A stretch of 63,093 bases of DNA, filler included, from Lenisia limosa (lineage: Eukaryota > Protista > Breviatea), in NCBI GenBank assembly GCA_001655205.1. It is 8 parts of 8 records of this genome, joined end to end, with 100 filler letters (N's around TTAATTAATTAA, not from the genome) between each part and the next. Parts side by side here need not be neighbours in the genome. Positions count along the whole stretch, not along the records: positions 1 to 26,273 come from LPNZ01007216.1; positions 26,374 to 29,646 come from LPNZ01002650.1; positions 29,747 to 42,884 come from LPNZ01009646.1; 5 more parts are not named here. The stretch is one strand, 5' to 3'. The position numbers and the translations under genes were made by a program. Positions 23,801 to 35,200 of the stretch are shown here, in pieces; within the stretch, counting starts at the first letter, position 1, and each line of letters begins with the position of its first letter. Under the pieces are notes generated by a model. That model was not told the DNA's origin and made no database searches. It saw nothing but the letters and a program-made list of their open reading frames with translations.

Positions 23801-26230
23801 GTAATTTCGTTACTGAGAGATCATTGTTAATTTACTGTTTCATATATCACCGCAAGACCATTTTTCTAATGAGTTTTTTCATGCGTACAATCGTGGATAT
23901 ATGAGAAATAATAATTAGGGGATTTTCCCAGTCCAAAAAACACCGAACCAGAAGGCCCTTAAGATGAATTACAGAAACACCACCTTCCCTCATGTACCTG
24001 TTTGTTGTTGTTTTGTCCCATGCACTTGATAACGCTAGCTGTAAATGTCAGAATATGCACTTGATAACGCTAGCTGCAAATGTCAGAATATGCACTTGAT
24101 AACGCAAGCTGCAAATGTCAGAATATGCACTTGATAACACTAATTTTTTTGCACATCACTGAAAAACAAAACCTTGATGCATATCATATTATAAATACTG
24201 ATAGTATGATTAATTTGAGTAGTAATCCCTCTCTTTTAAAACTTACTTTGCGTGACAGCACAGTTGGTGTAGTAGCCCGAACGAATGTGCGTGAGCGTCT
24301 CGCCCCAGTCTGGGGTGAGGTCGAAGATAGTGCCATCCAGAGCGTTGGTAACCACACTGGGCTGGCGGGTGAAAAGGGAATTAATGAGGGAGGGGGTAAA
24401 GCGGAGACAATTTCGATGAAGAATATTGGTAAAAAGGTACAAAATGGAAGTTTTGGGCTGGGAGGAGTGACGAGCAACATACGAGGGTTGACAACAAAAC
24501 AAAGCCCCAATCACTGCGGATTTAACAAAAGGAAATTATATCAAAGAATATTGGCCTAATAGTGAAGTTGTAATAGTATCAAATATAATTCTTGGCAAAT
24601 TATCAAAACAAAAAAGCAATATAGCAAACCTTGCCCAAATTATAGTAGTTGAATTCGCCGCAAGACATTAACATGCTTGCTGTATTTGTGAAATTGTGAA
24701 GAATTAATGAGAAAAAGTTGAATTCTATTCTAAAATGCCGAAACCAGATATTCCTCCCTTGTCATGCCTACCACAAACCAGCCCAGTGTTCCATTCACCG
24801 GCTGCATTGCACGTTGCCACTATAGAGTGAAAGGAAATCATTAACAAACGAGGGATTTAAATAATCATCATATCTTATAGTATAGTATATCATATGCATA
24901 TTATATATGATATGATATATTTTTGGATATGCCATGATTTCATTGCCCCCCCCCCCCCCCNNNNNNNNNNNNNNNNNNNNNNNNNNNNNNNNNNNNNNNN
25001 NNNNNNNNNNNNNNNNNNNNNNNNNNNNNNNNNNNNNNNNCATAATCGAATGTGGCTGAAACGCGTAACGAAGATTTACAGTGAAGGTGAATTAAAATAG
25101 GTTGATCACATTTTCAAAAGATTATTCATTGTAAAAGAGAAAACTTCAAGTAAACATACATATCATATTATGAGGTTGACTTGTCACCCCCTCTCTTACT
25201 TCCGGAACAATTTGTGGACATGAGGGACGCACCAAAGCTGTCACTGCAAGTAACTAAATTGGTCAAAACTCATTCTTCCGCACTGTTGATTCATGCTTGA
25301 AACGAAATATTGATATCCAATGCGAAAACTTATCAATACGCCTTCAGAATATCCCCACCAACCCGGTACACATTTCGGCCCGTCCACCCAGCCCGAAGCA
25401 TAAGAGCAGGACACGGATGTGCTCGGAACACTCAGTTCACTTCCAGCCGGACATGTGCCCTAGGTTATTAGAGCCTGATATACAGGACTGCGATAAGTTT
25501 TGCCCGATTTGCAATGATTCCCCATGGAAAATTGGTCTGCCGTCACTTTGCCTATCATATCATACATGTCAGTGTCAAGACTCATCCACTTCATCGCATT
25601 TGCTGAAAATAGTCTTCCTCATCCAAACTCCCAATACAAACAACAATTCCAGCAGCCCATACAAGTAGCATTTTAGAGAAAGTAACCAACATACAGTAAC
25701 TGTTATTTCAGCAACCACAGAATCGGAATGATACGCTCTGGAATTGACAGAAATCACGACACCAGCTGGAACTGAAGGGGCTCCAACAAGACAAGAAATC
25801 TCTGTTGGGGCAATGGAAATAAATAAAAATAAAAAATACCGTGACGATACGGTACAATCTGAAAAAGCAAGAGAATGAAAGATGATTGGATTTTTTGAAA
25901 TTGTCTTGTTCTCAATTGTCACTTCAATAATATATGATATACTAATACAAGCAGTAATTATTTGAGTTTCAGTATATCGCAGTCGATAGGTACACGTAAT
26001 GGTGATTAACGTTACCACTGCATAATAGGCTCACAACCCACCATTTTTCAGTGCAGAATATTGCTCCTAACAAAAGTTAGTGGAATGAATCACTATACTA
26101 TCAATATCAGCATTCATCAACGAACTATTGCATCCCCCAACAAGGGCTACGGCATGCCTGGGGTGGACAGCATCAGCAAGGAGGATTTGGGCCTTGCCAT
26201 CGGAATGCAGGCTATGAAGTGAGGTTGGGA
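20900..26230 (-). CDS. Large protein with Sushi/CCP-like Cys modules followed by RCC1-like repeats (5' end probably cut at the 26274 spacer)
   Basis: Phase-consistent exons: GTCPAGSELSVPSTSVSCSYASGWVDGPKC, ATCNAAGEWNTGLVC, ASMLMSCGEFNYYNLGK, LTHIRSGYYTNCAVTQTSVIKCMGQNNNKQ, YFGSGTYFFGLLTEGKAYLWG/QNSQGQLL, IVKMRIGAYATVVQK, IDDIECNYRGCLIAT. One apparent frameshift near 23270. Confidence 0.65.
22180..22245 (-). repeat. Partial copy of the intron-end repeat family
   Basis: GTTTCAGATTATTCGGTTCG...TTCATCGAAATTTCCTTCGTTTTACCCCCCCC; no AG immediately after, and an N gap follows shortly. Confidence 0.65.
23474..23569. mobile_element. ~100-bp hAT-type MITE
   Basis: Same TIRs; flanks gtcataac/gtcagagc (6/8). 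Confidence 0.85.
24020..24140. repeat. 35-bp tandem repeat (3 full copies plus a partial) spanning a splice acceptor
   Basis: Unit ATGCACTTGATAACGCTAGCTGTAAATGTCAGAAT at 24020, 24055 and 24090; partial at 24125. Confidence 0.9.
24358..24515 (-). repeat. Intron 3'-end repeat, long variant, in the RCC1/Sushi gene
   Basis: GGCTTTGTTTTGTTGTCAACCCTCGTATG...CCAATATTCTTCATCGAAATT...CTTTACCCCC, with the acceptor about 30 nt further on. Confidence 0.7.
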
Positions 26231-26273
26231 GGAAAAGTAAATTATATATATATAAGTAAATTATTATCTAATA

Positions 26274-26373
26274 NNNNNNNNNNNNNNNNNNNNNNNNNNN
26301 NNNNNNNNNNNNNNNNNTTAATTAATTAANNNNNNNNNNNNNNNNNNNNNNNNNNNNNNNNNNNNNNNNNNNN
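26274..26373. other. Artificial 100-nt contig spacer (N44-TTAATTAATTAA-N44); also at 29647, 42885, 46440, 48018, 59508 and 61866
   Basis: Identical 44+12+44 layout seven times; the 12-mer has stops in all six frames; LZIC, ARP8, PARP, RasGAP and CDC6 are cut at these points. Confidence 0.95.
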
Positions 26374-26423
26374 GTTAATATTCTGTTTGTATCACACCTT
26401 GTCTGCCCATTTTGACTCCCTAG

Positions 26424-27726
26424 GCTGTTCAAGCTGCAATCAGTGAGGCGTTTGCCACTCCCGAGGTGGGCTAATTTGCTGTGGAGAATTGCGTTTTTTG
26501 ACGGAGATAATCCGCTATCGATCTAATACCATGCAATGAATAGCTGTAAACAGGAAGGAGAACATAGAATAGGATGATAGAAGGCAAAAAGGTTAATTTA
26601 TTCTTCTGCGATCTCTTCAGGTTACCTTTTAAGTTGGGAGTAACAAGGAAGAAAACATGAGATACTATATTTTGGGTCATGCCATTAACAAAAACAATGA
26701 TATAATCTTTTTTGATAGCTCCAGGTTATTCGTATGTTTGCCAAGGGATCCAATGACCAGTTGAAGCAGCAGCTCAGTAACATTAAAGTGGGTAAACGAG
26801 AGGGGTTAGGTCACATCGACCCTCTTAATGTAAAGTGTTATTTATCGATTGATCACCGATGATATCTAGTATATTTTCCCCTGTGTTTTGTGTGACATGG
26901 AGCAAGTCAAACTATCGCTTGGGTGTGCTGTTCAACTTACTATCATATCTTTAACCACCACGTCCTTGTGTATTGTATTACTCCCACCCATCGAAATTTC
27001 TTTCGTTTTACTCCCCACCACTGTACGCTGGAGGGATGGATGCGGCGCTGCAGAAGCGACTGGCCTGAGGGGGGGGGGGGCTTGTTTCCCAAATGCTAGC
27101 CAGTTGTTTTTTTTTCCTAAATTTTCCATTTTCACATTAGTACCTTTACGGCACTATTCTTTATCGAAATTTTCTTCGTTTTACTGCCACTCTTTTATTT
27201 CCTCATTTACCCCCCTCCCCCCAGCGTGACTTTGATCTTGGAAATCTTGGAAAAGAGTCCTACATTCAACAAAGAGTTGAGATCCTCACAGCTCTCAAGA
27301 AGCTTGGTGATGATGTGGGGAGTAGTTTCTTCTTTTCATCTTTGTACACACATACTTACGTACAGTGACCGGGATAAGTCTTGACCGATTTTCCTTGGGA
27401 AATCAGGTAGAAAATCGGTCCTTATCCTGGTCACTGTATATTTAAAGAGCGCATCTCCCTTTATCTGACCCCCACCCATACAGCCTTCAGCAGAGGACCT
27501 CAAGTTCCTTGAGACTAACATGACTAAATCAATGAAGAAGTTCTCAATGGTTGCAAGTAGTACTGGTAAGGTTTATATTCCTTATTACCCCATCTCTACA
27601 ACTATTGTTGGGTTTTATTGATTTTATTTTGCTTACATTCCCATTTTCACTTCTCGTTTACTTGTTAACATCTTAATGTATTTAGATAACAAAGCTGAAG
27701 CGTCAGTGATTAGTGCCCAGAAGTAA
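26424..27726 (+). CDS. LZIC: LZIC-like protein, C-terminal exons (5' part lost at the spacer)
   Basis: AVQAAISEAFATPE|VIRMFAKGSNDQLKQQLSNIK|RDFDLGNLGKESYIQQRVEILTALKKLGDD matches human LZIC [27 protein letters not shown]...QQKVEILTALRKLGE. TAA at 27724-27726. Confidence 0.9.
26985..27224 (+). repeat. Intron 3'-end repeat, tandem fragments in a LZIC intron
   Basis: CATCGAAATTTCTTTCGTTTTACTCCCC, GCTGCAGAAGCGACTGGCC and ATCGAAATTTTCTTCGTTTTAC...TTTACCCCCCTCCCCCCAG|. Confidence 0.7.
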
Positions 27727-28347
27727 TTCCCCACAACCTTGTGTTGCCTTTCTTTTGTCTACCATTTATGTCTACGTTTTGAATTCTACCAGGGAGTGGA
27801 CGTAGCTAACTGATTATACTATTAGTATATCGTATATCATATGTATGATATAGTCAACAGTTGTAATATACACATAAGGGTTGCCATCGCTACCTTTAAA
27901 CAGGATTTTAACACTTGTGTTGTGTAGTGATCCTGGATGTACCATCTTTCGAGAAAGGTAGCATGGAACATAGACATTTTGAGACGGACAGCAAATCACT
28001 TCCAGAAGATTTTTGATCAACCTTTTGATTTTTGAAAAATTCCATAAAAAAAGACTATTCCGTTCAACAGGATTTCCAGAGTTGACTTTTGCCAAAACTG
28101 AAAGTGCGTGGTCGGGAATTTACTGCTATACTCCGATGACTTTTTGCTTTTATCGAGGCGACCTTGTTGAGTGGACAGTCAAAAAAAGTTTGGTCTGCTC
28201 AATAGTAGTATGAAAACCACGGAGCCTCGACTTTCACGATCACCTTATCACAAAGAAATATAATTAGTACATTAAAAACAAAAAAAATGTGTTTGAGAGT
28301 TTTTTTCCCATTTCAAAAACACCATCTAAAATAAAAGAAACCCTAAT

Positions 28348-29640
28348 TCACACTTCCACCACAAAAGGGGCCTTGGCGGCGATTGCTCGTTCGCCCCACA
28401 TTGAGTACTCCCTGCTGTCCACCCACATGGATGCCGTTGAGTTCGCCTGGACCGCGAGACACATTCCTTGGGGGGTAAAATTGGAAAATCGATGAAATAA
28501 AAAAGCTCGTTGGTTGACAAAACACGAGGGTTGATTACAACAAAACAAACAAAGCACAGGCCATTCGCTTCTGCAGCCCATATCACATAACAGTCCACCA
28601 CATCATTTGTCTTTCAGATGTACACAGCTTTCTGCATGTCTTCCACTCAAATTACCTTTCCAAGATATGATTGCAGGATCGAGTTGAGAAGGTGGGGGTA
28701 TAACACTCACATGGCCCATTGTGCCCAAGGGCTGGTACCTCGTCAGGCTGATGGGTCAAGTGAGAGGCTAACGACAACTGGCATTTCAAACTTGGAGATC
28801 CGAAGAGGTTGGATAAATCATATTTCTATGGCTGAGTAATTTATGTTTTATTTGCTAGTGTGGTGATAAGTATGATTATTATATTTATATTAGTGTTTAT
28901 TGGTGCATCAATAATGCGAAATCAAACAAGACCAATATTAAAAATATGTTGCACTCAGGATATCAACCCAAGTGTATTATATCAATGGATATCAACCTAA
29001 TATTATTATATCAATGATATGATATCAACCCAATAGTATTATATCAATGATATGATATCAACCTTTTTTTAATCGTAACACAATCGTATGTCTTACCTTC
29101 CAACTAATTGCATCATTGAGCATACTAACTCTCCCCCCACATTTCCTCCAGCAAATGACCCAGTCCAGTGACCCTTGCTGTGCCTCCAATGACCATAATA
29201 TTCGACAAGCAGGTCAGCAGTAGCGAAGGCTGGTTTGCTGGGGGGGGGGGGNNNNNNNNNNNNNNNNNNNNNNNNNNNNNNNNNNNNNNNNNNNNNNNNN
29301 NNNNNNNNNNNNNNNNNNNNNNNNNNNNNNNNNNNNNNNNNNNNNNNNNNNNNNNNNNNNNNNNNNGACCAGTTCACTCCCCTTTTTGTGAGATGCTTAT
29401 TTTATTTTTATCTTTTTACAAAGTTGAGCCTTGTATTAGTACTCGCAACTGAGGTGAAATTAAAAACTGATTCACAATACAATTCTGAATCGTTTGAATC
29501 ACATGGGAATGGGGGTTATTTGCCATATTTTTGTCCTAACCCAGGTTTTATTTTTTTTTGGTAGAAAACGGGAGAGAGGGACATATTACACTATTTTACC
29601 CAAAGAAGACAGGGAGTATATGGCAGACAGATGACTGAAG
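28348..29640 (-). CDS. ARP8: Actin-related protein 8 (INO80 complex), C-terminal exons
   Basis: SNIMVIGGTARVTGLGHLLEEI...VSVIPPPSQLDPAIISWKG|MCLAVQANSTASMWVDSREYSMWGERAIAAKAPF resembles yeast Arp8 VSIIPPPRDMNPALIIWKG and the actin-fold C-terminus. Truncated at the 29647 spacer. Confidence 0.8.
28467..28580 (-). repeat. Intron 3'-end repeat, copy in the last ARP8 intron
   Basis: GCTGCAGAAGCGAATGGCC...CAACCCTCGTGT...TTCCAATTTTACCCCCCAAG|GAATG. Confidence 0.85.
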
Positions 29641-30229
29641 TAGATANNNNNNNNNNNNNNNNNNNNNNNNNNNNNNNNNNNNNNNNNNNNTTAATTAATT
29701 AANNNNNNNNNNNNNNNNNNNNNNNNNNNNNNNNNNNNNNNNNNNNAGATGAGAGTTGTATGATGCTTCAAGATGGTGTTAGTTTATTGATGCATCATGC
29801 CGAGGTTGATAAAAATACATAGCTATTTTTATATATATATATCATATATACTATAGTGAACAGATTTATAATTCATTGTTCCCCAAAATTCCGAGAAAAA
29901 AAAACACACGAAAATATCATATTATGCACGATGAAAGAGACACCGCAGGAAGAGAAACATACAAACCATTGAGAGGCGGNNNNNNNNNNNNNNNNNNNNN
30001 NNNNNNNNTCAGCCTGAACGAAATATATATATATATAAAAGCCCTCACTTACTTCCAACTTCCCTTTGCAAAATAATGAGAAAAAAAAACACCCGAAACG
30101 CAATCACTTGAAATACCCCACCCAACAGATCATATCACAAAAAGGTGATGATAAAAGGATGTATCTGGTAATATTGCCATCACCACGACAACAAATCATC
30201 GTAAAATAATAATATTTCACTCTTTTCCA

Positions 30230-31672
30230 AAAAAACTGCATTCTTTCCCAGACCTTGGTTTGGATTTTTTTGGTTTCGGGGATGTTGGCTTCTTAGGCTT
30301 GATTTTGGATTTGGACGGGGAGTCTAAAAAGTTATGACAACGAAAAACATTTCGAGAGGGGAGAGATAATAAACAAAACAGCGAAAACACCAACAAGTAT
30401 TAGGTACCTTGACAATACCTTGCTAAATTCTAGAATTACAAACCTGGGGATGAGGATTTTTTGGGGGGAGCCCTGGGAGTAGGATCGGAGGTGGAATCGG
30501 GAGGTGAAGATGGCGATGTCACCGTATCGACTGATGATTGCGACTCATCAGGAGTTTCAATTGCCTCAGATATGGCCATTGAATTCATCTACACTTGTAA
30601 CACCAAACATACCACCACCCTCTTCAAGATCAAATTCTCTTTTCAAATTACTTTGATAATATTGCTAAATATAAAAAAAACATGAGCATTATTGCGAACT
30701 TACAGTCCCAATTAAAACCCGCCTTCTCGCCCCTCCTAATTATGTTGTACCAATAATCCACATAGTTGAAAAACGGAAAGCCTAAAAGACCAACCTGTAG
30801 AGGAGACGGAGGATTGAGGAATGGATCGACCTTATCCGGAGAGGGCGGCATGAAACGCCCCGATAATCGCCCATGGTCGGGTATGTCATCAAAAGCCGCG
30901 CCATCTCCCCGTGAGAACAGGGAACCCTCCCAGAAATCTGTAGACGACGACAGCAGGCCTTCACCTTCAAAAAGCCCTGGGATTATTAGAGATTAGTCAA
31001 TTTCCTTTTATTTAAAGATAACTCCCTGATAGATACCAATGCTGACACTCAAAAGAAAATTTACCTCAATATACATACACATATATATAGTATATCCTAT
31101 GCCGACAAAACATTACTAAGGCTATAGAGCATATTAAGGGTAATCCAAAGCAAAAAGCCCAAGATAAACAACAATCCGAAGGTTGGAGGACACACATGTA
31201 CCGGAGGAAGGTAAAAGAGAATGTCTGAACAAGGGGAAATTTTTTTCAAAGCAGCTGATGATGTTAAAATTACTGGGTTGGGTCAAGAATAATCAACACA
31301 GGAGAAATGGAAACCAAAGAACAGAGCAGCTGCAGGAAAGATCGTTGAATGTCGTCACCCTTACCCCCACCAGAACTGATAGCTAGGCCGTGGTCTTCAA
31401 GTGGATACTCATTTACAAGATTGGAAGATTCATTAGAGCCTAGGGAACGGTCAAAGGGAGGGTTATGAGCAAAACGAAAAATACCACAAACCTTCTGATA
31501 AAGAGAAATTGCCACCAAGAACGTCAGTTTCGTCATTATTAAATGGTGTATCCCTTGGAAAGACTCCTTCGTCCTGAACATGGGAGTCATTGTTCCAACC
31601 AAGGCTCCAATCTTGAGTCGGGGGTGAATTGAAAGAATCAACTGCACTTTTAGTGATAAAAGTGTCGGCCAT
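30230..31672 (-). CDS. Hypothetical Ser/Pro/Lys-rich low-complexity protein, multi-exon
   Basis: Exons MADTFITKSAVDSFNSPPTQDWSL, GSNESSNLVNEYPLEDHGLAISS and GLFEGEGLLSS...FMPPSPDKVDPFLNPPSPLQ|MNSMAISEAIETPDESQSS with canonical junctions. No family recognised; 3' end uncertain. Confidence 0.5.
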
Positions 31673-32270
31673 TGATCTCTTAGAGCACTGGAGAGGGCTG
31701 AAACAGCCCTTCAAAGTCTGCTTAGCGTTAGTGTCAACTTTCTCAACTAAATAAACTTTCTAATTCTTTTAATAATACTCAGTGATGAAAAAAAAGAGAG
31801 GGTTGGGGCGGTTGGATTTCAATTCCCGAAACACACCGAGTCACTACGAAATCTGCCGAAAATTTCTACATTTTTGCGCACGCGGCCTTGTGACGCGGCC
31901 CCCCTAACTGCCCCTTAACATGGCCAGTCTAGTGTAGGAGGTATGTAACTGACGTAAGGGTGTGAGGGTTTGTATGTTTTCTCAATGTTTTGATGTTTTG
32001 ATGTTTTGATATTTTGATATTTGATATATTTACTGGATATTTAATAATATCAACATTTAACTCCAAACCTCCTTGAAAACTCGAAATACCCTATCCAAAT
32101 GTTATTGCTTCCTTGCTTCCTGTTGCCCTAAAACTTGCCTCAAACAAAATGATATTCTGAAGAAAGTTAATGAATTCAACTTACAAATAACTGACAAATA
32201 ACTGACAAATAACAAATACTGATACAACAAGGATAGATAAAATCAGACAGAAACAAATACAGATACCATA

Positions 32271-35200
32271 TTACTGGGTGTTGCACTCAGCATCTTCCTC
32301 TTCACTCTTGGGGGCTGCTTTTGGGAGGGCCACTCTTGACGCCTTTTGCCGCAAACTTGACACTTCTCCTGCAGGGATCTGAAAGATAAAATTCACCCCA
32401 TTACTCTCAGGATATCAGAAGAATTCACCCCATTACTCTCAGGATATCAGAAGAAGCTATGCTTTTAGAGTTTCACATTCAACAAGCAACAAAAGATTTT
32501 TTTTTAAAAAAAAAGAGAGAACCCAATACCACTCACTTTCTTTGACAGCTGAGGCTGTTTTACAGCGGCGGGGGGCTTCCTATAGGGAAGAGGTGGTTTG
32601 AGGGACTGAGTGTTGGGGTTGTTTTCCATGAGTGAAGGGGGTGAAACACGTTTTGCTGGCTGGTTCGGCTGTCGAACTTGGCGGGGTATACTATTTGACT
32701 AAAAACTATGAGCAACAATTCTACCAAAACAAACGGGGGAAACTCTTCTTTGAGTTGTAAGCTCCTCGATACTTGATTTGAGACCTTCTTTCTCTTCAGT
32801 GAGAATTGACACTAAACAGAATATTAGCCAACGAAGTAGAGGATTTCCCCACCATTTTCCCTTAGCGATTCAATGGTTTCCAAGGACGTCACTAGTGCTT
32901 CTTTGTACTCGCTGTTTTCAGCCTCGAGTTCGGAAACTAAAACAATCACAACTGTTGTATGCGATAATACACAGTGGTCCGAAATATCCAAGTAAAAATA
33001 GTGATGTTTATCGAGAATGAATCTGAGCTGTCTTTATTTCATAGATCCCAACATACCCAGAAGATTCCTTTGTTGGAGTACTTGGATTTGTTGTTTTGCA
33101 TCAGAAATAACTTTTTCGGTTTGATTCGCCGACTCTAAAGCGAATTAAAAGTGTTTCATTGATAACTCTATTCAAACGTTATAATAATACTCCAAAACAT
33201 TTATAACAACAGCCATAAGAAGAATAAAACCACAACCCACCGAAAACGTCCTTCATATTGGCCTCGGACTCCATTACTTCGCTTCTTGCATCATCCAGCT
33301 GAGCGTTGAGCACCGCTATTTGGTGCTTGCAGTCGACAACTTGAGACTCCAAACTGCGGCGTTCACAATCAAACTTGGTGCTGATAATCGACTCGTGTGC
33401 ATTATTCTTCTCCTCAGCAAGGGCAGCTTTGGTTTTGAGTTCGCCAACTTCCCGTCGTAGGGCTGCCACTTTCTCATCCGAAGCTTCACGCGATTTGACC
33501 AGCATTTCTCGTGACGCCTTGGCTTCATTCTTGATGGCAACTATCCGCTCTTCAGCAATTTCAGAGTTTTCTTTGATCTGCTTCATTTCTCTAATTGTCT
33601 TAACAACCTTTGATTCAAGGAGTCCAATTTCGGATCGGTGGGAAATCTGATTTGTCTCTAACAGAGACTTTTCTTTTTGTAGCTGCTTCTCTAAAGTCTG
33701 GAGCTCAAGTTTTAACCTAAACTTGGTCAGATTTTAACAGCTTTTAGAACAATAAAAAAGAGCAAGATACCCCCATACTTGGAAATTAAAACTTCTCTAT
33801 CCTCAATTTCGGATGCAGCTGCTTCGGCAATTTCTTCATTATTCTTCTCGGCGTCAGCAATTGTTTGTGCGACCTTCTGTTCAAGCAAATCAATTTGCCT
33901 TTGCTTGTCGTTGTTGTTGGAATTGAGGTCAAAGATATCCTTTTCAAGCAGACTGATGGTTTTGCAGGACCTGGGAGGTTATCTTAGTGGACACGCCTAC
34001 TTTTCTTTCGCCTCAGTCAGCGTTTGAATTTCAGAAGCCGCTTGCTCTGCGATTTCTTCTGTATTTGTTTCCGCTTCAGAAATGGCCAATACAAGCTTTT
34101 CTTCGTATTGCTCGGTGATCGCTCTCTTTTCATCTTCATGGCACTCCTTCATTTTTTCGGCATCTTGATTGAGCTGTAGAATGGTCGTTTCAAGGCTACA
34201 AATGTCAAAATCACCACAAATCTTACTCTGATAGTTTGTTATCCAATGACGATATGTTGTTCTGAAGAACTTGTCCCTCCTCTCGGGACTTGCGAAGATC
34301 AAGCTCATAGTGTTCAATTTTAACATTGTGCTCAGATTTGATAATCTCAGCATCTTGATTGAGCTGCAGAATGGTTGTTTCAAGACTAACAAAGTAAACC
34401 CCAAAAGGGAACAAACAAACCTTGATTGCGATGTTCTCAACCCTTCAACTTGCTGAAAGATAAGATTTAATTAACTCGATTTCGTTTCATATTGAAAACA
34501 ATGTCAAACAGAATAATTAGCACAACTTTCAGTGGATAAACACACTCGCGCCATCCTACCGTTTTGAGTGAAAGTTGCGTAGACTCTGAGATTGACTTCT
34601 CGCTTTCAAACTGCTTCTCCAGCGCTTGTAGCTCCAACTTCATTCTTAAAAGGTCAGATTTTCAGGAATTTAAGAATTTAAGTTACTCCCCCCCCCCCCC
34701 CCCNNNNNNNNNNTACAAGCTTTTCTTCGTATTGCTCGGTGATCGCTCTCTTTTCATCTTCATGGCACTCCTTCATTTTTTCGGCATCCTGATTGAGCTG
34801 TAGAATGGTTGTTTCAAGGCTACAAATGTCAAAATTACCACAAATCTTACTCAGATACTTTGCTATCCAATGAAGATATGTTGTTCTGGAGAACTTGTGC
34901 CTCCATTTGGGACTTGCGAAGATCAAGCTCATTGTTGCGGCAGAGAGCAGTGTTTTGGGAATTAACTGTTTTTAATATCTGTGCATGCTGCAACTTTTGA
35001 ACCTCAGCATCATTGTTTAGCTGATGGATAATTGTTTCGAGACTAAGAATGTTAAACCAAGAAGTAAACTGACTCAGAAACTTTGTTGTCCAATAGATTG
35101 ACATTTTTTTGAAGAGATTCACTCTCATCCTGGGACTTCCGAAGTTTGTTTTTGTAGTTCTGCGCATCAGCTTCGACTTCTTTGAGTGCGTCAACAACAC

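Noticed and set aside
26318-26329. TTAATTAATTAA as a biological motif (PacI site, piggyBac TTAA target)
   Set aside because: Always centred in an exact 100-nt N spacer; it is a six-frame-stop assembly linker.
28680-28712. Apparent non-canonical GT...CAAC intron in ARP8
   Set aside because: The region reads through in frame as HVSVIPPPSQLDPA, matching Arp8, so no intron is needed.
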